A DNA stretch of 64,000 nucleotides, taken from contig CP089275.1 of NCBI GenBank assembly GCA_023920165.1, positions 4,402,001-4,466,000 of the forward strand, given 5' to 3'. Below the pieces are notes generated by a model. The model made no database searches, was not told the DNA's origin, and saw nothing but the letters and a program-made list of their open reading frames with translations. Numbering within the stretch: position 1 is the first letter of the stretch; every line of letters starts with the position of its first letter. The position numbers and the translations under genes are program-made. Of this stretch, positions 1 through 9,234 are shown in pieces. This stretch comes from Curvularia clavata. Lineage: Eukaryota.

Positions 1-30
1 ACGAAACACGCCTCGACCAACGCCTCCACA

Positions 31-2295
31 ATGGTCTCTCAAGCGCCTCTATCCGCCGACTCGTCGCGCGACCCATCACCACAAAGCCGCCCCGAGCCCT
101 ACGACCCTTTCCGCTCCGAATCAGACCCCATCGAACTTGCCCACCTCTCTAGACCCTCCCTCGACGGCAGCGACACGTACGGCAGCCATGGGCGCTCCCC
201 GCCTCAGGACTTGGGGCAACGCACCCGCGATGGCCAACGCCCTGCCCTCAACTTTGGCTTCTCACAACAAAGTACAGAGTACGAACCCGTTCACCAGCGA
301 AATGGCAGCTCCAGTCGGCCCTCTCTCTTCTCAAAGGGAGAGTCGTCATACACAATCAATCGGATGCTGTACAACAGCAAATCGAGAGACGCCGATACCC
401 AAGCCCTAGTGGACCGGAGATCGGGAGAGCTGGCGCAATGGCATATCTACTGGACGACCCCCGCCCTTATTCTACTGCTGTTCCTGTCTGGTTTCGCTGC
501 GGCAGTGGGCCATCATATGTTCTATTCACATCTCAATGGCGAGCCGGCTACAGCACAGCTGAAAATGGTCAGATATGGCACAGCGCTGGCCTTTTTCGTC
601 AAAAGCACGCTTGCCGGGGCTGTCATCATGTGCAATCGTCAGCGCATCTGGTATACGTTTCGACGAAAAGCCATGACCATCAACGGCATCGACGGCCTAT
701 TCTCGGCAACAGAAGACCCTACGCAGTTCTTCTTGAACTGGGAGATGACTCGAAATGGCAAGCTGGCAACACTAATGGCTGCTTGCACATGGTTGATCCC
801 ACTAGCTTCTGTTCTTTCTCCAGCCTCGCTCACGTCCCAACTCCGTACCCTGCATGAGAATGGTACCTGCTCGGTGGGTAACCTCGACTTTGGCCAGGAG
901 GCTACCTATGATTTTCGAGACACAAAAGACTTTTACAAGAAGTCTCTGAGTTTCTCCAACACAACCGACATCAAAGCTCAGCAACCAGGATGGTTTGATT
1001 ATTATGACCAGCCGTCCAAGGCCGCTCGGCGCCTGGCCTTCAGCAGCGTATACACCCAGAAGCCTCAGGCCCGTGATAGGGCGTCTGCATCGTTTTGTGG
1101 TCAGAGCTGGAACTGCACTTTTTCAATCAATTTCTTGGGACCAGGATACAAATGCGATGATATTAATGCCGGTGATGGCACCAAGACACCGTTTTCCATG
1201 GACTTACTGGCGCCAAAAGGAAACTTCACCTATTTTGCGGACGTAGATGAGGGTGACTATGGCTACCAGGACCCCGATGGTGACAAAGACACTCTAGGGG
1301 TCTTTAAGAGCGAGCCCAGCCTCTGGATAGGCTACGCGATCAATACCTCTGAGCCATACGAGCCGGATTCTCCCTACTACGCAACATGGGGAAATGTCCA
1401 CGAACCGAAAATGTTCAGATGCGTCATGCACTACACCAACTACACTTTTGAGATGAAATACGACCCAAAACAAAACGTAACTCGCAAACAGCGTGATTTT
1501 CTTGATCCAGTAATAGACACTACGGTTGAGTGGGACGACAACACAAAGAAGTGGACGGCCTCTCCGGAAAAGAACTTTATACGACCCACTGATGTTAGCA
1601 AATACAAGGTGACGAGTACCTATCATACGCTTGGTCTGCTCCTACGGGGCTTCCTTCGAGGCAAAATCGAGAAGAACAACGTCCTGATTACCTACACTGA
1701 TCTGTCTGAAACACGGCTGGTCAATAGCAGCACATCGTACCCGTTGGTCGACCTAAAGACCGAGATGCAAGACCTCTTTGAAGACATGCTCATCACGCTA
1801 CTCAGCGAACCGCTCCTCGTCGCCGCCAAAACCCAAGACGTGCCTTGCGACAAATCCCGCACCATGATGGTCTACGTATACTACATGCAATCCCTATGGG
1901 TTGGCTACGCCATTGTCATCGCCGTAACCTTTGCCTTCGTCCTCGTCGGCGCATGGTCCCTGTACAAAAACGGCGTCGCTTCCGATGTCCTCTTCTCCCG
2001 CATCATGGTCACTACGCGCAACCCGACACTCGACCATCTCAGCGTAGGCGCTTGTCTAGGCGGCGACCCTTTCCCAAAGGACTTGACAAAGACCAAGCTT
2101 CGGTTTGGCGTCTTGGTTGAGGATGATCCTAGAGAAGGCCCACTCGGGAAGGTCGAGCATTGCTGCTTTGGCACTGTTGGTGAGACAAAGGAGATTGTTA
2201 AGGGGGGAACGTATGCGGGGTTGAAGAAGTGGAGAGGGGATCCGGAAGAGGGCACAGCAGAGATGGAGGAGAAAGAACCGCTGCTTGAGAATTAG
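31..2295 (+). CDS. Uncharacterised fungal integral membrane protein (754 aa)
   Basis: Intronless ORF. It has a disordered S/P-rich N-terminus, about 3 hydrophobic segments (PALILLLFLSGFAAAVGHH, YGTALAFFVK, LMAACTWLIPLASVL), a large N-glycosylation-site-rich Cys-containing luminal region, one C-terminal TM (LWVGYAIVIAVTFAFVLVGAW) and a conserved-looking FSRIMVTTRNPTLD...LRFG tail. Function unknown. Confidence 0.75.
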   Translation: MVSQAPLSADSSRDPSPQSRPEPYDPFRSESDPIELAHLSRPSLDGSDTYGSHGRSPPQDLGQRTRDGQRPALNFGFSQQSTEYEPVHQRNGSSSRPSLFSKGESSYTINRMLYNSKSRDADTQALVDRRSGELAQWHIYWTTPALILLLFLSGFAAAVGHHMFYSHLNGEPATAQLKMVRYGTALAFFVKSTLAGAVIMCNRQRIWYTFRRKAMTINGIDGLFSATEDPTQFFLNWEMTRNGKLATLMAACTWLIPLASVLSPASLTSQLRTLHENGTCSVGNLDFGQEATYDFRDTKDFYKKSLSFSNTTDIKAQQPGWFDYYDQPSKAARRLAFSSVYTQKPQARDRASASFCGQSWNCTFSINFLGPGYKCDDINAGDGTKTPFSMDLLAPKGNFTYFADVDEGDYGYQDPDGDKDTLGVFKSEPSLWIGYAINTSEPYEPDSPYYATWGNVHEPKMFRCVMHYTNYTFEMKYDPKQNVTRKQRDFLDPVIDTTVEWDDNTKKWTASPEKNFIRPTDVSKYKVTSTYHTLGLLLRGFLRGKIEKNNVLITYTDLSETRLVNSSTSYPLVDLKTEMQDLFEDMLITLLSEPLLVAAKTQDVPCDKSRTMMVYVYYMQSLWVGYAIVIAVTFAFVLVGAWSLYKNGVASDVLFSRIMVTTRNPTLDHLSVGACLGGDPFPKDLTKTKLRFGVLVEDDPREGPLGKVEHCCFGTVGETKEIVKGGTYAGLKKWRGDPEEGTAEMEEKEPLLEN

Positions 2296-2612
2296 TTATG
2301 ACATGTCTGTTTGAATACATATGTAAATGTAGTTTTAGAGCGAACCTTTTTGTTTCTCTCCAAAGGTCAACGATGTAACGAAATGTAGAATTTACAGTCA
2401 TCTCTGAATCCGAGACATATAGATTGACTTCCTTGACTGTTTGCAACGTTGCTTACTCCAAGTCACAGGAAAAAAGAGTTTCGCTCTGGTAGCGTGGGCA
2501 TCTATATTTTCTCGAGTAACAATGCACATGTAAACTGTTTTTTTTTTTCATTTTCTCGTCACCCTCTCTGTAGCAAGACTACATGCAAATGCATCTTTTC
2601 AACTATCCCAAT

Positions 2613-5055
2613 CTAAAATTCCAAAGCCGCCGCCATCTTGTTCTGTCCATTCGTCTGCTCACCCTCTTTCACCTCTTCCACCTTTGGCCCCTTGCCCTTC
2701 CTATACACCCTCGCATCCCTAGGATCAAACCCGCCATTCCCCCACAGCGCCCACTCAGGCGTCTCATCCCCGACATAATCTTCCGGGCGCCAACCAACCA
2801 GCTTACCCTCTTCAACTCGGGTTCCCTGGACTTTTCCCTCGCACAAATCAAAGAAGCGCTCAAAGTCGATGCGAGTAGCCCATTTGCCGTTCTTCATGAA
2901 GCGCGTGCGGTCGGCCAGGAGAATACAGCAAGAATGTGCGTGCTCAGCTCCAATACCGTAGTGCAGTCCGCGACTATTAAGCTCCTTTTCCAGCTCGGTC
3001 ACAAATTCGGCTACTTCTTCGTAAAAAGGCACATTTTGCATGGTGAGGCCTGCGGAGCCGGCGGCTGAGGTACCACAGTAGGTTACGCCTTTGACCTCGA
3101 CGAAGCCGGGCAAGGCGCGCTCGACGAGGTCGGCGTAGCCACGCACCTCCTCGGCCATGTTGAAGCCCTTGACGAGCGTCAGGCGGAAGACGGTGCGTTG
3201 CTCGAAGCGGCGGTTGCGGAGGATGTCCAAACATGCGCAGAAGCGCTCCCAGAAGTCTCGGTGTAGCGGCCGGTCGATCTTGCGCAGGCTGTCTTTGTTG
3301 GATGCGTCGATAGAGACATAGAGTTGCGTGACAGGGATGAGAGAAGCAAGTTGTGCAGGGTGTTGCGCGTTGCATACCAAGAAAGTCGAGATGCGGTTCT
3401 TGTGCATAATTTCCAGGAGTTGGTTGATGTGGGGATAGAAGATGGGTTCGCCGACGAGACTCAGAGCACAGTGGCGAATCCGCATTGCTTCGCTGAATCG
3501 CTCAGCTCGCACGCCGGGTACACCTTTCATCATTTTGATCTTCTTGTAATGAGCTGCCGTGATGCCGTCAAAAATCATCTCGGGGGGATCCGTGACCCAG
3601 CGCCAGGTAGTGCCAACAGGGTTTGTTCCGTGTCGCCAGCAGAAAACACACTTGTTTGAGCAGGATAAAGATGGGGTAGCCTCCATACACAGGTGCGAGG
3701 CAATGCCGTAGAAAGAGTACTTGTAGCAGGATCCTCGGCCACGTAGTGCGGATTTCGTCCATCTACAGATCTTCACACCAGAATGCGAACCGATAATGCT
3801 GTAACCCTGTTTTGTGAGAGCGGCATGCGTAGGCGAAGTAGTTGGAACCATCTCCTTTGGAGCCGAAACAGGTTTAGGCTTAGGGGCGGATTTCTTGTAA
3901 GTCGTAAAGTCAATGGGTATCGGTGCCGATGAAGAGTTGACCATAGAGCCCAGATCTTCAACATCGTCAACTCTTGGAGTCTGGCTATTTTCGTCCTCGG
4001 CATCGTCGATATCCTCTTCGTCACTCTCAGCAGGGTCACCACTACCTGGAACTCCCTCGCCAAGTCCTCGTCCTTCGGCAAGCTCGACCAACGCTTCCTG
4101 AACACCCACTCTCCATTCGTCCATCCTCTTTTCAGCATCAGTCTTAACATCGGCCATACCGAGTGGGTATGCTCGCTTCCTGCCAGTCAGCCTCGCCATC
4201 CACTTGTCAATTTCCCTGGCTTGGCTACAGAAACCCTCCTCTTCAGTTGGCCATCCCTCCTTGTCTCCGAATCCAAACACAGAATATCCAAGCAGTCCGC
4301 TTAGTGGCGATGTGTCGATACGGAAATCATTGTGTGTTTCTTGTAGACTCTCAATAAAGATATCAAGGACAGTGTCGATGTTATAGGTCGGTACGAGGAT
4401 AATATAGAAATACTTGACATTGGCGTCGGCCTTTGGTGGGCTCACGAAATAGTCATCGTGCTCAATGTACGAGATGTCGTGGGTCTGGGGCGCAAGGAAC
4501 GAGGAAGACTGGTCACAACCGATCGTCCATTCAGTGATTGATTTCGCGAATTGTGCGGCATAGCGCTCGGTTGTACCAGAGAGCGACTGGAAGAAGATCA
4601 AGGGTTGTATTTTGTCCGTTTTATGGTCAAAGGTAGAGACTGGTGCAACATTCTTCTTTGGCGCCTTCCTGCCTTTGACCGTCTTGGGTCCTTTCTTTGC
4701 CTTTGCGGCGACCACCACTGCGCCTGTGTCGTCCTCGGCGTGATTATCTACATTGAGATTCGAGGAGGAGCCGATGGTGGTTGTGTATTCTGGAAGCCAT
4801 TCCGGCTTAAGCTCAACTTCCCGCTTCTCGATCGGCGACAGAGGTGTGGGCGACGTAGGCAATTTCTCCCTCCGGTCGCGCGAGTAAATGACGAGGCGAG
4901 CAATTGTCGCCACTATAAGCGCTGAGAGCAAAATCGGGAGTCGATGGTCGTGCCAGATGAGGAGCAACTCTACACCCAAGTCAGCAAGACGTACTAAATT
5001 TAGATTGAATGCACCTACCAGCCGGCAGCTGTCCCACCAACTCGAGCAAAGTCAT
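2613..5055 (-). CDS. TYW1: tRNA wybutosine-synthesising radical SAM enzyme Tyw1
   Basis: N-terminal TM anchor, flavodoxin-like domain (QSLSGTTERYA, SVFGFGD), HSGVKICRWTK, radical-SAM CSNKCVFC and VEVKGVTYCG. The true start is ATG 5055: exon 1 5055-5019 (MTLLELVGQLPA), intron GTAGGT...GCTGAC...TAG 5018-4970, then in frame into ELLLIWHDHR. Confidence 0.95.
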
Positions 5056-5443
5056 GGCGTTGTGGTGCGGTTGCGCACAGGATGTTGTGCATGAGCACGA
5101 ACTTTTGGCAAACCGCTCGCGTGGGGTTGATTAGCGGGGTCAAACTGCAACTCATCCCATTGGCGCACCGCATCTGCAGGAACAGCAGACCGCGGCAATC
5201 TTTTTTCAACATGGATGCCCTATGCTCGGTCTATCTCACGCGTTATGCAAGCGAGGGCGAGCTATGGCTATACAAATTGCAGACGGTCCTGCTGCTATCG
5301 AAAATTGGTACATGCTCAGGAGTCACGCAAAACCTCAAAAAGTGGCAGCAGCATGCGTTGAACAGAGTTTCTTTTTGTTATTCTAGTCTAGCATAGCATT
5401 CGTAAAATCATAATCCTCATCGACCTGATGCTCGGGGTGCTGT

Positions 5444-6640
5444 TTATAATGCCGCCCACTCAACGGAGAACGCCCTCACGGGCTCCTTCTCATCCGCATC
5501 AATCTCTGGATCTTCGCCACCGACCATGTAGGCCTTCTTGGTTCCTGTACCAAGGCGTCCGCCACCAACAATGTCCAGAAGCTCAAACTTCTGGTCCCAG
5601 CCCAAACCCGTCGCAGCGAAGTGACTATGGTATCGGAGTGGATCGTCAGGGTACACATTGTAGTGGCAGCCAAAGCGCAGACCAGGCATGGCGTAGTAGC
5701 CTTTGGAGTGCAGGTAGCGGAACAGTGGGTAGCTGTCCGGCACCTTAGGTGGAGGGGCCGCAGTCTCTTTGGCGGGAGCTGCGAGAGGGGGATAAGAGGT
5801 TGTGGGTGTAACATAGTGCTTTTGACCCGCAACCCCCTTGACCGTACTGCTCTTCGTGGAGGGTTCTGGCGAAGGAGCAGGCACCGGCTCGAAGAGAGAC
5901 TCTTCGGGTGCGGTAACAGGGACAGGCGCAGATAAGGGAGCGTCAATCTTTGGTTGCTTGACCTGCACCCACGACTCTGAGAAGCTTGATCCCTTCATAA
6001 TGAATCCAAGACCGGAATTCGCTACATCGGAACCATTGGCTTCAGAGCTAGCGGGACTGGAGCTGGCAATAGGACTGGGAATCGAATCGACCTTGGCGGG
6101 TTTCACCACCGCCGGCGAGTCGGAAAAGTTCGATCCCTTCATGATAAAGCCCAAACCAGAGTCTGAGAGACTCGAGGCATCCACCTTGAGTGTCTGTTCT
6201 GATGTCGAGCTCGCAGCAAGATGACCTTGATCTATCTTCAAACCCTTCTCACGAAGGGCCTTTTCCTTTCTCAGCTCAGCAGCCTCCCTCTGTTGCTTGG
6301 CCACTTCCTCTCCTCTCTTGTCCATCTCTGCCAGGTACTTGAGTCTGTCTTCCCTGCTCATCTCCGCAAAGTTTTTCTGATGAAACTGCGCATCATCCAC
6401 GATAAACGCAGCGCCTTTATCGACGAGTACCCGAGCCTCTTCCGGCATGAGTTCCAGAGGTATACCCTGCTGAACGTTTTGCTGACTGAGATTCGGGAGC
6501 GTGCCCACCAGGAGCCCGCAGATGTTGTGCGCGCGACGGCAGTGCGCAACCACGTCCGCATCAAAGAGGAGGTAGCGACTGCCGACAAGCGAGATGGGAA
6601 ATGGTTCCTTGACTGGTTTAGGAGCTGGCGCTGGCGCCAT
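5444..6640 (-). CDS. SEN34: tRNA-splicing endonuclease catalytic subunit Sen34
   Basis: N-terminal HNICGLLVGTLP...GIPLELMPEEA. C-terminal endonuclease motifs GLRFGCHYNVYPDDPLRYHSHF and GRLGTGTKK carry the Y/H/K catalytic triad. ATG 6640 (MAPAPAPK). Confidence 0.93.
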   Translation of the reverse strand: MAPAPAPKPVKEPFPISLVGSRYLLFDADVVAHCRRAHNICGLLVGTLPNLSQQNVQQGIPLELMPEEARVLVDKGAAFIVDDAQFHQKNFAEMSREDRLKYLAEMDKRGEEVAKQQREAAELRKEKALREKGLKIDQGHLAASSTSEQTLKVDASSLSDSGLGFIMKGSNFSDSPAVVKPAKVDSIPSPIASSSPASSEANGSDVANSGLGFIMKGSSFSESWVQVKQPKIDAPLSAPVPVTAPEESLFEPVPAPSPEPSTKSSTVKGVAGQKHYVTPTTSYPPLAAPAKETAAPPPKVPDSYPLFRYLHSKGYYAMPGLRFGCHYNVYPDDPLRYHSHFAATGLGWDQKFELLDIVGGGRLGTGTKKAYMVGGEDPEIDADEKEPVRAFSVEWAAL

Positions 6641-6648
6641 GGTGTGTT

Positions 6649-6849
6649 CTGAAGTAAGGCGAAGGTTAGCTTCATATAACGCAATGTAGCGGTGAGGCAA
6701 GATGCTGAGTTGGCTAGAGGATCAGAGTGTGAATACAATATTGGTTCACCATGGTCCCATGTTGTGGGAGTCAGGGGATTGACAGATTATTGGGTATTCA
6801 TCATATGGGCTTACGCGGCGAGAGAGAAGAGGAAGAAGATTTTGCTTAC
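6649..6849 (-). other. 5'-UTR intron of SEN34 (snoRNA host intron)
   Basis: Donor CAG|GTAAGC at 6849, with an alternative GTAAGC at 6814. Branch point GCTAAC ~6670-6665. Acceptor TTCAG ends at 6649, 8 nt before the SEN34 ATG. Confidence 0.75.
6718..6808 (-). ncRNA. Intronic dual-guide box C/D snoRNA
   Basis: On the minus strand in order: C box ATGATGA (6804-6798), guide AATCTGTCAATCC (6788-6776), D' CTGA (6774-6771), C' ATGGTGA (6752-6746), guide TTGTATTCACACT (6738-6726), D CTGA (6725-6722). The guides are complementary to conserved rRNA segments GGATTGACAGATT (18S) and AGTGTGAATACAA (25/28S), recalled from memory. Confidence 0.88.
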
Positions 6850-6852
6850 CTG

Positions 6853-6870
6853 TCACTTGTGAGGTTTCAT
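6853..6870 (-). promoter_or_regulatory. uORF MKPHK* in the non-coding first exon of the SEN34/snoRNA transcript
   Basis: ATG AAA CCT CAC AAG TGA is followed directly by CAG|GTAAGC. The upstream pyrimidine tract CTCTTCTCTTCTCCTC may mark the start region. Confidence 0.45.
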
Positions 6871-7022
6871 CGTGGAAAGTTCCTGAGGAGAAGAGAAGAG
6901 TTAAAGGTAAAGCTCGACTTTTCACCAGCCTCGCTTAACTAGCGCGACAAGGGCAAGGACCCCCGCTACACCAGAGGCGGACGCGACGAGCTGCCACAAC
7001 AGATCAAGACCGCGGCAGCAAC

Positions 7023-7427
7023 ATGGCACCAACGTATTTTCCGGGCTCGACCAATGGCCAGGAGGCAGCGCCGCCCAAGACATACTACGAACAGCAGCGT
7101 GAGATGCTGGTGACGGAGATTGCTCAAGTGCGTTCACTCTTGTGGCCTGCACACCGACATTGTGGCCCGCGAATGTCGCTGCAACAACCTAGCGCAGCGT
7201 GCTAACCATGGTCGCAGAGCCTAGAGATTGTCTTACAGAACATCAACAAACTCAACCGCTCGCTTGAAGAAGTCACAGCAGTCGGCAACGAATTTGCGCC
7301 CGTTGAGTCGCTGTGGAGTCACTTTGAGAACGTCATGGCCAAGGATCCAAACGAGCAACATGAAAGTACGCAGGAGGGGACTACTGAGCACGAAGGCGAG
7401 ACAGAAGTACCTGAGGAGAGGAAGTGA
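7023..7427 (+). CDS. DAD1: DASH/Dam1 complex subunit Dad1 (104 aa)
   Basis: Exon 1 7023-7127 (...[15 protein letters not shown]), intron 7128-7217 (GTGCGT...GCTAAC...CAG), exon 2 7218-7427 ([40 protein letters not shown]). This matches the Dad1 signature. Confidence 0.92.
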
Positions 7428-7832
7428 AAAGCGTATAGAGCATATAAACAGAACAGGGCTCAACGGAAACATGATGTAATGATACCCCTGAGCAAATCAC
7501 TAGTAAAATGTATGGGGTAGGATTGGAAACGGCACACAGTTTCAAAAAAAAAAAAAAGTCCTGCGCTTCATTTACTTCTCCGGCGCAGGCAAAGCCAAGA
7601 AAACAAGTTTCGCTATGCGCTCATACTAAATACCGAATACAGATACAAGAAAAAGGAAAATGCAGATGTAGGCGTTTTGGACTCGCTATGCCCATTGCCA
7701 TGCCAGAGAAAACTCGTCAGGCCCCTAATTACGCGGCAGTAAGAGTCATGCCGGGACTGTGACGGAGGGTGAGCAGCGTGTGGTCATTAAAACATATTGA
7801 TCGTGTCGTCCAGCGTCGTCGTCATATGGAGT

Positions 7833-8785
7833 TTACAGGACCAGGCAGCCGCTACGCTTCTTCTTCTTCTTGCCAAGCCCGGCCGGGTAGGGTGATGATG
7901 TGTTCCCTCTTGATGCCGAGTTGACTGTGCTAAGGCGACGGTCTTGCTCCTTGTGCTCCTCGCCAACAGCCATGGTGACGGCCATGTCAAAGATCTCCTC
8001 GACACCGTCCTGCTCTTTACTGCTGCACTCCATGTAGACGGCGCCCATCTTGTCTGCGACGGCACGGCCCTGCTCCGACGTGACGGGCGTAAGGCCTTGT
8101 GTCTTGAGGAGCTCGATGCAGTTTTTCTTGTTGCGCAGGTCCGACTTGAGGCCCAGCAACATGAGCGGTGTGGTTGGGCAGAAGTGGAGAACTTCGGGGT
8201 ACCACTGAGTCGTGTCAGTGCATGCATGGATGTGCTGGCTCAGCTAGCTCTCTTACCTTGTCCATGACGTTTTCCAGCGAGTTGGGGCAGTCAATGGCGA
8301 AACAGACAAAAATGACATCGGTCTCGGGGTAGGAAAGAGGGCGCAAACGGTCGTATTCCTCTTGACCGGCCGTGTCCCACAGGGCCAGCTCGACCATCTT
8401 GCCCGTGGGGGGATGGGGTGTGTGGGTGATGTAGTTCTCGAAGACGGTAGGGACATATTTCTGCGACGCATTAGCAGGTGGGTTTGCTGCTGCTGTTGTG
8501 TTGCGAGCCTACCTCTGGGAAGTTGCCGGAGCTGTAACTGATCAACAAACATGTCTTTCCGCAGCCACCGTCGCCAACGACGACGAGCTTCTTGGAGTAG
8601 GCGGGCGGCTCAGTGATGGCAGTGTCGCGCGTGTTTGTTGTTCCGTATGAGCTGACGGTGCCATTGCTGTTGCGCTCACTGGGGGTGCGGGCGTGGCCGC
8701 GGGCGGGTGCAACAGAGGATATGGGCGACTTTGTGCTCTGCTTGCGCCGCAGGTAGTCGTAGTTCTGCGAGGGAGCGGTGGCCAT
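7833..8785 (-). CDS. RHO4: Rho-family GTPase Rho4/RhoD (282 aa)
   Basis: Exons 8785-8513, 8460-8257 and 8204-7833. Motifs [45 protein letters not shown] and GLKSDLR; N-terminal extension; polybasic tail with CAAX box CLVL. Confidence 0.92.
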
Positions 8786-9234
8786 GGTGTGTCGGGTGTG
8801 CGATGATGGTGATGATGATGCGGATGGGTGTGGGTGCGAAGAAGATGGGGGCGGCTCGAGGGAGGCCGGAGAGCAGAGTGTATGAATACGGAGTCTGGGT
8901 GCGTGTGGGGAGCGTTGGTCGGGGCTTAAGAGAGGTTCATGTTGATTGTTGGCAGCCGTCGGTCGCATATGGCAACGACGCCCGGGCCACCCGCAGCTCG
9001 CCAGCCCGGCGCCACAGCGCCACATATGCACCGCCCCTGGCAGCTCGGCCGTTCCGAGCGAGCGCTTACCTGGAATGCACTTACAAACACTACACCAGCA
9101 CAGTATACCACCAACACCACCGCCGCCGCCGCTACCCCTTTGCGCGCACGCACACCTTGCCTCGCGCCTGGACATGCGCAATCGACTGAATCGCCTTCGT
9201 CTCCCCTGCAACTGTTGCGACCCACGCCGCCGCC

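Noticed and set aside
6641..6700. N-terminal extension MPHRYIALYEANLRLTSEHT of the Sen34 ORF in the track
   Set aside because: It starts at a non-ATG codon and overlaps the branch point and acceptor of the snoRNA host intron.
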